NCBI GenBank assembly: GCA_951406725.2
Contig: OX597816.1
Location: forward strand, 153,450,001-153,514,000
Reading direction: 5' to 3'
Length of the DNA stretch: 64,000 nt
From: Octopus vulgaris
Lineage: Eukaryota
Every line of letters begins with the position of its first letter. The first letter of the stretch is position 1. The notes under the pieces were generated by a model. It saw only the letters and a list, made by a program, of their open reading frames with translations. It did no database searches and was not told where the DNA came from. Shown here in pieces: positions 23,124-40,637 of the stretch. Position numbers and translations under genes: made by a program.

Positions 23124-23662
23124 ATATAAACGATATTCTCCGTTTCTCCACAACTAATTTCCAAATTAGCTAAATCCGTTGCTCTACTCATAGCAATATA
23201 TAGCTGGTCGTGCGTGAACATGGGAGAGAGCAGAGGTTACCAGACGCAAAAGACCTACGTGTTGATTGTTGACTTCGCAAAATGATCAGCTATGATTTTG
23301 TAAACAATGTTTCGAAACTGTTTTCGAAAGGAGAGATCTAACTCTTTTCAACCATAACGTCTACCAATTTTGATGTATTTTGTTCAAACTTGATGCCAGC
23401 ATTACTTAGGACTCATGGGATCTTTGAATGCCTTAAGTCCTCCAAAAACGAAAAAAAAAAAACAATCGATGAGCGGAGCAATCGATAAACCGATTCTTTA
23501 TGGGATTTCCCAATCAAATTGTCTGTAAAATTTCAGTTTACCAATTTCAACGGATTTGACTCAAATTTGACGTCGATGTTACTTAGTTTGCTTTGAAATA
23601 AACAGCTTGATTAGCTTAATAATCCTAACTTAATCCCGTGCAAAGCCGGACTATACTGCTAG
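22545..23662 (+). mobile_element. Non-autonomous Helitron (family H1), both ends present
   Basis: A|TCTGTATGTATAAAAGGCA 5' end. 3' end has the CCCGTGCAAAGCCGGA hairpin and CTAG|T. No TSD. Homologous to 3602-5199. Confidence 0.8.
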
Positions 23663-24091
23663 TTATTTCTAAATCTCTCAAAGAGATACATTCAGTAACA
23701 GTTCTTTAAAGTAAAGGCTATTTGCAAACATGATGTGACTATCCTGAAAACTGATACTGAATGTCACTCTTTGAGAGATTTAGAAATGATATTTCTGTTT
23801 TGATCAGAAATTGAACATACAGAAAACTGTATGTTCGAACGGTGAATTCAGCAATGCCATCTGGCCAAAGTAGCTACTCAGTGTTGATAAAGGAAAATAA
23901 CCCAGAAACTAGTCCACAGATTTTGTTTTGCGCTTGATAGGAATGGTGAGCTTTCTGTTCGAAAATATAAGGACACTGATAGTGCGCCGTACAGCCAGCT
24001 CGAAACGATGTTTCTTGGGGCTAAAACAAAAGTAACATCGTCCCTTTCGGGATACCCATATTATGTTGGCAAATAGCATTTACTTTATTTA

Positions 24092-24160
<69 letters not shown>

Positions 24161-24696
24161 TTTATTTGTTTTGTTTCAGTCATTTGATTGCAGCCATAGC
24201 GCACAACCTTGAACGAATCTAATCGAACAAATCAACTCCAGAACTTATTTTTTGAAACCTGCTACTTATTCTATCGGTTACTTTTATTGAAACGCTATGT
24301 TATACGGCCGTACACCAACACCAGTTGTCAAAGTGGTGGTGGGGGACAAACACAGACATAGACACATACATACACGCACACATACACACACACACACATA
24401 TATATATCATCTAACCACGTGACCAACCAGGCTATAAGACAGATGTTGTTATACATCGCCGGTCACAATGCGCATTTGCATTGTTTTAGCCTTCAAATGA
24501 CGCCAACCCGCTGACTAGATGCTTCAGTTCTCCCCCACTGATCGAAAGGGAGAACTGGAGCAACGTGAAATGAAGTGGTTTACTTAGGACTCATGGGATC
24601 TTTGAATGCCTTAAGTCCTCCAAAAACGAAAAAAAAAACAATCGATGAGCGATATATATATATATATATTACAAGGTATATATATATATTACAAGG

Positions 24697-24748
<52 letters not shown>

Positions 24749-24755
24749 TATATAC

Positions 24756-24826
<71 letters not shown>

Positions 24827-24866
24827 CATATATATATGTATATATATATATACATATATACACACA

Positions 24867-25736
24867 CAAGGTGAAATCTAAAGGTTCCTGGACAAGTTAT
24901 GCTTAATAAAAAATAACTTGTTTACCTAAATTTTAATATCATCTCTTTCGAAATAGTCACCTTGCACATCAATAGACCGGTTTCTGCATTCCTGCCACTT
25001 TGGGAATCAGGCCTGGAAGTCGTATTCCGTAAGTGATTCGAGGATCTTCTGCTCTGAATTCGCTCTGAATTTCGACAGCGATATTAAAACGGTGATCTTT
25101 AAGCACCATTTTCATCTTGGGGAAGAGAAGGAAGGTCGCTGGTGCTAAATATGGTGAATAGGACGGATGCAGAAGCGATACCATGTTGTTTTCGGTGAGA
25201 AACTCACGAGTGAGGAGAGCTCAGTGACAGAGTCCATTGTCATCGTGAAGAATCCAGTTCTTCACGATCAACAGATCCGGTCGCTTTCGCCGAATGTCCT
25301 CCCTCAAACGCAGTAAAACTCTCGATTGACGGTCTGGCTCCAGGAGACGAATTCTCGATGCACAACACTGCGTATGTCAAAGAGAACGATGAGCGTGCTC
25401 TTGATTGAGCTGCGACTCTGTCGTGCAGCTGCATCACTCGAAATATTGCGTACGACCGTAAGCTTGTTGAAGCATGCTTAATGTCTCTCCCAAATTTAAG
25501 CCAAAATTTCACGTTGGCTCTTTCTTCCAGCTTCTTTTCCATGACAAAAACGTAGAATTCAGCATGCACGTGATCACAAAAACACAAATTTCACAACTTG
25601 CGAAGTAAACACAGCGATGCCACTTGACACATTGCCTCATGAAGGTCACTGCTAGCTCTCACTGTGCACGCAACCATGTGCTGCCATCTGTTAGCACGCT
25701 ACAGAACTAGCTCGGAAACTTTTTGATACTACCTCA
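24867..25736 (-). mobile_element. Mariner-like DNA transposon, internally deleted and decayed
   Basis: HPSYSPYLAPATFLLFPKMK (YSPDLAP motif) and N-terminal EERANVKFWLKFG. Degenerate TIRs (AGGT..ATC.AA..GTT.C) at both ends. Confidence 0.75.
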
Positions 25737-26989
25737 TATATACAACAGGTTTCTTTCAGTTTCCGCCTACCAAATCCACTCACAAAGCTTTGGTCGGCCC
25801 GAGTCTATAGTAGAATGTGTTACGCAGTGAGACTGAACCTGGTACACTGTGGTTGAGAAGGAAGCTTCTAACCACACAGCCATGCCTGTAGGTTTAAATG
25901 TTAAAAAATATACTCTATCCCTAAAGATGAAGTTTTCAGAAAAATTGTAATTGTCAATGGTTCCTGCCTTAGTCATAGAATAATTTACTGCTTATTTATA
26001 TGTATGGATTTCAGACAATATACGTTCTCTTAAGTCATAGAGGAATTACTAAAAAGAGTCACCAGTCTCTAGTTATATAGTATTGAAATAGTGCAGGCAA
26101 ATTCGGCAAGTGAGCAGCTATCATCCTTAGGAAGTGATAAAAATCTGTAAAAGAAAGTTTGAATTGCTAAAACTTTCAAACAAAGCTAAGTGACTGACAA
26201 TTACATCAGGATTTAGAAATAATCTTATTTCAAACTGAATTCCTACCAAGCTCCAATAATGGTTGTGCATCGCTTATAAGATAACATGTAGTTTTTGAGC
26301 ACTACGTAGCACTAAAGTGTTTATCCTCTATGCATCTGTCAACACATTTTTAAATAGAATTATTCTTAACTTACATATGCACAGATACGTATGCGCACAC
26401 ATGTACGTACAATATTTACATGGATATATATGTGCATTCTTGGAAAAATTAAAATGTTGTCATGTCGTAGAGAGATCAATTCTTAGCAATAATGAAAATC
26501 AATTAAAATCAAAATAATATGGAATTGTATATAGATTTCCAGTAAACCTATTTCGAAGCTTTTTCGCAAAAATATGATTTTATTGATTTTTAAAAAAACG
26601 TCATTCTATTACTTCTGAGAATTAAACAAATTAGGTTGATTGTTTTCTACAAGTTCACAGCCGGTGTCTTACAGTTTCTTGGTTCGTAGAATTTTCAACC
26701 AATCCATCATGACAGAAATCGAACAAAAAAGGAATCTGCAAATCGCTAAAAGAATACTGTAATAATGTTGCACGATCTTTTTTCTGTCTACTGCAGATAC
26801 AAGGTCTGAAATTTTGATAGTCGATTACACTAACTTCAGTATTTGACTGATACTTGTATTATCGACCCCAAAAGGATGAGAAGCAAAGATGACTTCGCAG
26901 AATTTAAACGCAGTATGTACAGAGACAAAAGAAATACCGCTAAACATTTTTCTGGCGCTTTTTCGATTATACAGTTCCGCTACCTTTAG

Positions 26990-27461
26990 ATAGCCATGAA
27001 ATTGCCAAATTGAACAAAAAATGCAACTCCTCCGTCACAGACTGGTCAACAGAAAAGGACCAATTACAATGATCGACCACATGTTTCTCTAATGACGCTC
27101 TAGAAGTTGAGGGAACCTGGCTACGAAGTTCTTCCTTACTCAGCTTAGTCTCCAGACCTTTCTCCTACCGGTTACCACATTTTCAAGTACCTTGATGGTT
27201 TCCCCCAAGAGAAGTTAAAAAAATCAATCCCGTGCTTCCACTCTAAACCAAGTGGAGAATATCGTGTTTGTAACAGCTGGACTGAGAAAAAACAGTTCAA
27301 AGAGTTCGTCAGCTCCACGACTCCAGATATTTGTTACCGGAATAAATAAACTTGAAGCTCGCTGTAATGGTACTTTCTTTGATGAATAAAATTTCGTATT
27401 GTTGAAATATATTGTGATGAATTTCATGTTTCAAAACGTTGCTTACTTTATGCAAAGACTG

Positions 27462-27463
<2 letters not shown>
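26990..27463 (+). mobile_element. Mariner transposase 3' fossil
   Basis: EVLPYSA*SPDLSPTGYHIFKYLD. Ends at TA repeats. Confidence 0.65.
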
Positions 27464-27523
<60 letters not shown>

Positions 27524-27769
27524 GTATATATATATACGTATATATGTATTTATGTATGAACGTATAGATGTATGCAAGTATATATTAAGTGTATGTGCAT
27601 GTTATATAGCTTAGCTGTTGCAAGTAATACATAGACATTCTTTGAACATTCACACTCTAGACAAAGCGGAGAATATCGAGGAGTGAGAAAAAACTGCACC
27701 AGCACTAGGCTGGTGCTCATTCAGAGCTGATTAGACAGGAGCAACGTGAAAATTAAATGCTTTGTTGAA

Positions 27770-29580
27770 GGGTCAACCATTTATACCTGGCGGCAGTCAT
27801 CAATGTATACAGGGACTGGTTCGCTGCAATGCACACTGACATCTGTTCAGTGGTCAGAGTGAACGGTCACCTCTCAGAGCCGCTCAACATCATGCGCACG
27901 GACCGGTAAGGTTTCCCCCTCTCGTCTCACTTGTATGTAATGACTCTCGAGTTACTACTGGAGGCGTTGAGAGGCATGCAGCGTGACCTAGATGTGGGTA
28001 ATGCATGTCAACATATGCCGACGACATCACCGTCGTGGTATCGGATCATGAACACATGGAAGTGACCAGCTCCGCTGTCAGGAACTACAAAGCGTTTTCA
28101 AGGAGCAATGATTATCCTTGAAAAATCAGTGGGATTGCGTTTCGGCACCTAGAGAAGCAAATCCATGCCGTCAACTGCGTCGTTGGGCGCAAGCAGACCA
28201 GTTAAATTGCTCGGGGTCTGGTTCGGTCCAGACCTCCAGATGGACAAAAACTGGGACAAAGTAACCAGCAAGGTGACTACTCTCACCCAGAAATGGCCGA
28301 GAGAAAGATATCTCCGTAAGATCTGGCTAATGCGTATATCGCGTCCGTCATGTACTATCGTTTGACCGTCGTGCATTGTCCTGGTCACCGTCTAATTACG
28401 CTGGAGCGTATACTCTTCCGGTTCTTGTGGAAGGGATGCGTCGCGATGGTCAGAAGGTCTATCTGCTGTCAACACCCGCTGCGTGGTGGCCTAGGCGTGC
28501 CATGGTTGATGAGGTACAATATCTCCAGTGCTTCCTTGGACATGTATTTCCGCAGCTATTTTTTTAACGGAACTGCAGTCCTGGGTAAAACAGAGAGCGA
28601 GAGGGAGCATTTGGAATGTAGAATTCTTCAGACACTCACAGCTATCAGCCAATCAGACACTGCGATAAGTGGAACGTCCACTGTAGCTTTTTATAGAGGA
28701 TTAGTGGAGGAAAAGTGCGACGAGTTCTTGAGGAGACCTCGGGCGTCGAAGAAGATCAGCTAGCCGCTCTTTTCCGGAGAACTTTCGGCCCGGGACCGAT
28801 GGAGGATTTCCAAAAATCTCTGTCCTGGCAGTGCTATCGGGGAGCTTTGCCCGTTCGAGATAAACTTTATACGCACGGAAGTGCCGTCAGCCGAGCATTC
28901 TCAGATGCTTACAGGACGATGAGGCTGTCCTACATCCACTCGTCCAGTGCCCGAGCATTGCTGACCTGTGGGTTCAAGTCGAACACCTGCTGTCGCGTGT
29001 AAGACGGATTCGACTGCCAACTGAATCCATCTTGAAGATGCACCCACTGCCTTCCTTTAACCGGGAAGGAAAGGCTGTTTATATGCCTGGTAGCCATGAC
29101 GAAAGAGGTTGTATGATGGACGAGATTGAAGGAGCTAAAAACAAACACTTTTCTCATTAGCCAATCCGTGAACTTCTTCAAGTTTCACTTGAAAAGGAAA
29201 ATTAGTGTAGAGAGGGAAGTATTGTATTCAAGCCATTTTGCTGAAGGGTGGATGAAAGTGGCGAGAATGGTGCGAGTGAACGGGCCTGCCCTGAGCACAC
29301 ACCTGTAGCTGGAAAAAAGGAAAGAAAAAAGGCACCTGCCACAAAAGTCAAGGTACCATGGCTTTTTATGGAGATTTTTCCATGAGCAGTCCTCGAACGT
29401 CTCCTCCCTATTGAGGATAACACATTGTTGATTTCCATTCTTTCTTATATAATTTTGTTAGTCTTGTTTACACGTAAAAGCTTCACAACAACACACACTT
29501 ACACACATACACACATACTTTGTTTATCCTGTATTGCTCATAATGTTTCTCTTAATGAAAGCCTTGTAGTTAATAAAGAA
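27770..29580 (+). mobile_element. Tx1/L1-type LINE fragment, decayed
   Basis: YADDIT, VKLLGVWFG, HPLRGGLGVP, WQCYRGALPVRDKL (zf-RVT-like). AATAAA near 29572. Confidence 0.75.
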
Positions 29581-29581
29581 A

Positions 29582-29647
<66 letters not shown>

Positions 29648-29649
<2 letters not shown>

Positions 29650-31935
29650 TAATTTTATTTTTTATAGCGTGCTTTCACTTCACTACCGAGCGCAACTCTG
29701 TGTGCCTTGGGTATGTGCTGTGATTTGTTGTGATGCTCTGATGGTTATTGTATGGAAAGTGTTCTGCGTAGGATGTGTGCAGTGCTTAGTAGTGCAATTT
29801 TCTGTATGTTATATGTGTTTGTAAGACCTATCATTATTATTATTATTATTATTACCTTTGCACAGCTTCTAACGCTGGAGATGTACTACGGTATCAGCTG
29901 TTCACTACCAGTGAACTAAGGTAACACTTCTTATTTTTCGAGCACCTTCCAGAGTTTTCGAGCGGTTCTTCACGTTGGTATTATACCTAGGGTGTCATAT
30001 ATTTGGTTTTGCACGTAATATTGTTCTAGAGAATGTTTAAGAGAACAAAAGAAAATTATAAGTTTGTTTTAAAATTTTAGATTACATAGACAGTATTTTA
30101 CGTAGGATATGGGCAGTTCCTATGAGCACTATTTTTTAAAATCTCTGCCATGTTGGAGTTTCCTGGTATTTGAGCTAGGTGGGATTCAGCCCCTTTTGCT
30201 ATCATTCCTAGGACACCTATGACAACAGGTATTGTTTTAGTTTTCTGGTTTCACACTTTGCCAATTTCTATTTCAGGATCTTTATACTTGCTTTGTTTTT
30301 GGTAGGTCTTGACAGATACGTTTATGTCGATTTGGACAGTCATATCAATGAGGAGGCATGATTTTTGTTTGAAATCTTTCAATATGATGTCTGGCCTATT
30401 CGCATCTATCTTTCTCTCAGTTTGGACGGTGAAATTCCAGAGGAGTGAGATGTGATCATTTTCAAGCACTGGAGGCGGTTTGTGTTCCCACCAGTTTTTA
30501 TCATGGAGCAAGTCCAGATTTTTGAAAATTACACAGTGAATATACAGTGCTGCTCTATCATTGATGGGTAAGGGCTTTGTTAACATCGGCATTATTAGCT
30601 CTCTTTGAGTATTTGCCATGGAGAGGTTTTTCTTGCCATCTGTCAGTATGACAGCAGTTTTAGGCAGCATCTAAGACAATAGTTTTAGCACGGGTTTTCA
30701 TACGCTTGGCTTTTTCTGTGCCTGTTTCCAGTATGTTTAACTTTGCGATTTGTCGTATCTGGAATTCACTTAGATATTCCTTTGCCTGTTTTGTTACTGT
30801 TCTCTTTTAGAGAAACCTTGACATCTGTTTGTATTGAAACATCGGTTACCAAGCATTTTTTCGTCTTGATGTCTGACAACTATATCCAGCATACTGGCTT
30901 TAATTTGCCTATCTGTGTCTATTGAGATATCCCAAAATACAGCTGCTTTCTCATTTTACTGCGACCTTTTCTGGCGTGTGGTTATACCATTTTTTTCGTA
31001 GTGTTGACCTAGCTTCAAGTGTATATATAGGTCTCATTATTATCATCATCATCATTATCATTATTATTATATAACTGTTCAACATTTGGAAGGTTAAGGT
31101 AAATTTCTACTGCATCACCTACTACACCTCCGTGTTACAGGGATGTGTGCAGCATTGTGTGTTCTTTTCTGCTGTTGGGTGTGTGCAAACTCTTCCTGGT
31201 ACTGCATTGTGCTTGAGGTGTGGTGCATTTTTTTTTTGTGTGTTACTACTTGTATTGTGTGTTGAGTGTGTAATGCATTGATTAATTCGGCTTGCTGGTG
31301 GGCGTTTATCCCATTGGGTAATTGCTGTATAGAGTTGTCTTGCGCTTGTGGGAAGTTTTTTTAGGTTATATTATTAGATTGATAGTGACTTGCGTAGAAT
31401 GTGGGCTGTTCCCAGCAAGGCTATTTTTTTGCACAGTGTGTAGTGATGAGGATCCAGGTAAAGCTTCTACGTTTTTGTTCATATCGTTTTTTTTTTATCA
31501 TGCTCAGTGCTCCAATTATTATTGGTATTGTTTTTACCTTGATGCTCCACATCTTGAGTCTTCAATTTCAAGGTTTTTGTACTTTGACAATTTCGCCAGT
31601 CCTGTTTTCACAATATTTTGATCAGAAGAGTTTGTAAAGTCTGTTAGTAAGCAGGTGTTTTTTGCCAAATCCTTGATTATTATATCTGGGGAATTAGCTT
31701 TTATTTCTTTGTCGGTTTGAACCGGAAAATCCCAGATAATTGTCGCCTGTTCGTTGTCTTACACATTGTTTGGTACATGTTTATACCACTTATTGTCAGT
31801 GTTAATGTGAAGTTGGCATTATTGTCCAGTAGATATAACTGCTTACTTTATCGTGTTTGTATATATATTCAGACTTGTCAAGGACTGGGCCCGAGATGAT
31901 GAGGTCAACTGTCTTATTGTGCTAGTTGCACTATC
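29648..31935 (-). mobile_element. Stack of at least four R4/Dong-type 3' fragments, partly separated by TAA tracts
   Basis: ORF 30251-30670 is nearly identical to the RLE part of the 9975 ORF. 29648-29830 matches 820-1010. WDFPVQTDKEIKANSPDIIIKD at ~31670-31735. Confidence 0.8.
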
Positions 31936-31942
31936 TGCATCA

Positions 31943-35912
<3,970 letters not shown>

Positions 35913-35936
35913 ATTATTATTATGATAATGAGGGAT

Positions 35937-36370
35937 GGGCTACAGCAAATATTCTGCTTAATACCACAGAGTTGCTTGTCAGTTGTTTGACCATAACCAG
36001 TTGAGCATGTCCCTTAGTGGCTGACGATATGTGCATCTCTGATCACAAGCAAAAGTAGTGGGGGAGCATCATAGCCATGTGTTGAGAGAAATTCTTTGGG
36101 GTTTGGATAATTCACCTTTGGAAGCCTGGGTTCAACATCCTTAAACAATCCTTATTCAGGGACCTTTTGAGTGGGGTGGGCTACTCAACCAGAAGAAAAT
36201 TCTAACTGGGCCCCACCTGCAAGGTCAAGCGGTGTTTATCATGATATGAGATCACCATGTCGCGCGCATATGGTTGTGATGCATGTGCCTGGTGTACCCT
36301 TATCAGGCTTATCAGGCTTAGTATATTTTACCCCCGTGTCACTTTGATGGCATGCACTGCTCGCTCACTC
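35937..36370 (+). repeat. TAA-tailed interspersed repeat (copy 2)
   Basis: Similar to 12055-12507. Flanked by TAA-type tracts. Confidence 0.75.
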
Positions 36371-36410
<40 letters not shown>

Positions 36411-37279
36411 GCATCATTCAGAATAACACTAACACAAGCAAGTTTCTCACTTCATATACCATGCCATATTCGCTATATTGCAAAATGCCAACCAAAAGAC
36501 ATAATTACAACAATCGGTCTGCAATGGAAGCAAACCATTGATTTTATTCGATTTTTATGCCATAATTTCTTCAGTTCTTTATAGTAAACTTTGTTTCATT
36601 TTCTACTCTTTTCTTCCCATCTTTATTTTATCCTTTCTTCCTTTCTTTCTCATCGTTTGGTTTCGCATGCTGTAAGTGCTATGATTTCATTCACAATTAA
36701 AGACACACTCCTACTACAAATTACACGTGAGCGCTTTCATGACCATCATTTTTATCACCACTAAACCAAAATCATCACCACCATAACTGACATTGCTGCA
36801 ACAATTCCCTATTAGCATCATACTCGCTAGTACATTCATCATTTTCAGGCTGTCACCTCAATTACCAAGAGCATTAATAACATCAAAATCTCCAAAACCA
36901 CAAAAAGTACAATTACTCCGCCTGTATCATGCTTGACCTCATGGAAACAAACGTTGATGTGACACCTACCATTTTGTTATAGAAGTATTATACCGTTTCT
37001 ATTATTATGCAACTGCCTCTGCTATAACACTCATCCCATAGCCACCAATGCTGGGAGCCACCGGTCTACCAAAAACCCCCATCGCTATCTTGTCGCCACT
37101 ACCACCATACCTTACCGACTGCTAATTCGAACCTCCTATGTACTTAATTCGATCTACTCTACCCTTTCAGGTGAAAAAATTGGCTTTCCTATCAAGTAAA
37201 AAAGAAATATTATTGCAATGGTGATTTGTGAGGTTGTTGTTGTTCTGTTGATTTACTCTCCTATTTTATCGTAACTGAT

Positions 37280-39630
37280 CTTGATGAAACACCGCAAAGC
37301 ACTATCTCCTTCAGTCTGCATAGTTGCTCAGATGAATCCCAAAGGCCTTTTTTCTCCTAATAATCAGGTGTTTCAAATTATCTTTGAACTCATCCTTATG
37401 CTGTAGAAGTGGCCGGCCTGCCTACAACGCGTAGAGAATTTTCAAGCTAACCATAAAGAATTTGTTTGGAGATTCGACCATCATTCATACGAGAGATGTG
37501 TCCACACCATCACATCTGAGACTTGATTAAGAAAGCTTCTATACCAGGTACACCACACATTTCCAGGAAAGTGCTTTTCTTTACTCTATCATTCCACTTA
37601 ACCTTGCATATTTGCCTAAGACATATTAAAGTTGTTCACGTGACTGACATGCCTAAGGTAAAGTGTCCAGATCTCCGCTCAATATAAAGGAGTTGTTACG
37701 TCAACTGACATATACACGTCTATTTTGTCCTTACTGAGCTATCACGGGTATTCCAAACACAATCATAATGATTCCTAAAAACTGTACTAGCCTTTCCAAT
37801 ACGAATTTGGACTTCCTTATCCAATTTAGCATCACTCGTTACTCAAGAACCTAAATATGTGAAAGCATCAATTGTTTTCAGAACTTTGTCTCCAATAAAC
37901 ATGCTGGGAAGATTTCTGGACTGTTACTAGGTCATGACTGATACAACAGTTTAGTCTTTTTTAAGTTGATAGTTAAGCCAAAAGATCTGGCTACTGCTGC
38001 AAATCTATCAATGATAGATATCCTCGAGTGTATAAGCAACTAGGGCGCAATCCTCTGAAAACAGTAAGTCTGTTATCGTCTGAGATGCAACTTTAGTCCT
38101 TGGTTTGAAATGCAACGTGGTTGGTTAAAGATGCTACCCATTGTCCTATATTCAAGAAACACACTCTCTTCTACCTTAGAAAAGGCGCTTTCCAGTAGTA
38201 ATGCAAAAGTACAAATAATGCTCTTGCCATAACACAACATTATTTTATGTCATTTTTAGCATCAAAATGTTTAGATTGGCTAGAACAGATGTCTTAATAT
38301 TCTTATGTAGGGACACTATGACATTTAGCATTTGCTCGAGAATCCCGATCTTTGCCAATAGCTTCCAAAAATTCTGCCGACATACAGAGACAAAGGCTTT
38401 TGTAAGATCTACAAATACAGCATAAAGGTCTTTATTGTACTCCCGGACCTTCTGAAATTATCGCAAAGTGAATATCATATCCACTGTCCCTCGACTTGAC
38501 ATAAGCCCACACTGACTTTCTGGATAGACAGTACCGACTGTCATGGTTAATTTTGTTTAAGATGACTCTAGAGGGATTTTCCTGCAATAGAGCGCAGCGA
38601 TATACCACGATGGTTGTCACAATCACACTTATTACCTTTATACATATATCTACAACCAATGTATCTTTAAATTGTTGAGGGACAGTTCCTATTTGCTATA
38701 TTCAAAGTATAAGCTTTGACAATTTATCTGTCAAAGAATTAGCGCCACATTTAAAACTTTCTCCAGGAATACCATCCTCTCCTAGTGCTTTTCTATTTGT
38801 CAATTGTTTTACAGCCCCTTTCACTTCATCCAAACATGGAATCAATGAAGAAAGTCAATTACCAGTCTTTAGGAATATTGTTGATTGAGTCCATGTCTCT
38901 ACTTGCATCTCTGTTGAGTACATCTTTAAAATGTTCTGCTCAACGTTTCAATATTTCTGCGGAATTCTGCGGAATTCAGAAAGAACAGGAGAGCAACCTT
39001 CTTTACTTGTTCCAAATACCCACTTCAAATTTTGATGAAGACGTTTCATGTTATGTTTGTCTACTGATTATTGAAGAAATTTAACTTTTTCTTCCTACCA
39101 CTTATGCTTCCTTTTTCGGAATTTAATTAGAACAGGGATATTTGCAAATTTGTAAAGCTTTTTCTTACTAGCAGTGTTCTTTTCTGCAATCCAGTCTTGG
39201 TGAAGTCTGTGCATTTCTTGAAGATGTTCATTTATAACATCTTTTTCAGCAAACCAATCTTGGTTTTTACATCAAAAGCTAACTTCTTTGGATGACTCAT
39301 AAATAATATCTCTAAGTCAACATCAGGACTCTTCTAGATTTTCTGAGGTTCCTTATGTAACACCATGAAAGTTTTCAAGTGATTCATTATGTAATGTTAT
39401 GTGGCTATTCATCAAGTGTTTGAGGGGGCATACCCTTACTGTTATCTACTTTGAGCTCTGAAATATCAAATTTCCTTATAAGTCTTTTACGACTTTGTTT
39501 ATGGCCGGCTTTGGTCACATTTTTATCTAATTACGAATTAAAGCGTGGTCAGACCAGCATTCTGCCTTGTGGAAAGCACGTGTTAGTTTAATATTATTTC
39601 TATCTCGGTTCCAGTCAATTACAGAGTCAA
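37280..39630 (-). mobile_element. Old, heavily decayed RTE-like LINE
   Basis: Minus-strand traces of FVDLTKAF, LLFSEDCAL, FTYLGS, WCGHISRM and AECWSDHAL. Confidence 0.6.
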
Positions 39631-39944
39631 GTGACTTTGACCTGATCTAGGCCCTGTTATAGGTTTCTTGCTGTAGATTTAATACTATTGCCAAATACGA
39701 TCTAGCAACATCTTCAATTTTGGTCCTCAGTATTCAGTATGGCATCTACACTTTGCAGTACTGTGTGCAGTCTACATAAATGGGATCATTCATAATTTTC
39801 GATCTTTCTACATTCAAATAATAGGTACCTCTTTCTTGAAATCAACAATGGAGCTTCTATGCACAGATTCGATGCGTTAGAATCAGAAGCCAACAAGACT
39901 CTGCGCCGTTTTATAAGGCTAGAACAATCCAAGCGTGGATGCGT

Positions 39945-40488
39945 GCCAATTTCTATAGTCATGTCCTCCTAGATACATTCATAAATACCAATTCAATGAA
40001 TACTGGTGGAATATTCCCATCAAAACTTCTGTCAAATGTAAACATCACGGGCCGGATATTGTTGTTTGGGACAGAGAGGCAAAGGTATGTACCATCATGG
40101 AGGTCAACTGCCCTGCAGATATAAATATCTCTTTAAAAATCAAAGAAAAAGAAGATATCTATGGACAACTGTTTCGAAACCTCTAGCTTTTATATCCAGG
40201 CTATGAATTTTTATTCATACCAATAATAATCGGAGCACTAGGTTTTGTTAGTAAATGCTTAAAAGAGAATCTTGATAAACTGGAATTTTCAAAAAGAGAA
40301 ATCGACCGGCTAATTCGTACATTACAAGTGTATTCTGTGAGTGGAATTGTAAAAATATGCACGACTTTATCTCAAGTTCTAAATGTGAATTTATATTAAC
40401 TACATCCTACAGATGGAGCCTTGTATCTTTTTTGGAAACCGGCTCACTCCTCAAAGAAAGATATCTGATATTTAAAAAATAGAAGAGA
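39945..40488 (+). mobile_element. RLE-type retrotransposon 3' fragment ending at (ACAT)n
   Basis: YWWNIPIKTSVKCKHHGPDIVVWDREAKVCTIMEVNCPADINISLKIKEKEDIYG..IPIIIGALG. (CATA)n follows immediately. Confidence 0.7.
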
Positions 40489-40637
40489 CATACATACATA
40501 CATACATACATACATACATACATACATACATACATACATACATACATACACACATATAGACAGACAGACAGACAGACAGGATAGACAGACGGAAACTGCT
40601 AATGGTAAAGGTACCTGCCAGCAAGTCTACTTACCAA

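Noticed and set aside
21676-24881. Many ORFs rich in YI/HT/CV dipeptides (also near 8345, 15424, 46087, 48670, 51403, 62397)
   Set aside because: They are translations of (TA)n, (CA)n and (TACA)n microsatellites, not proteins.
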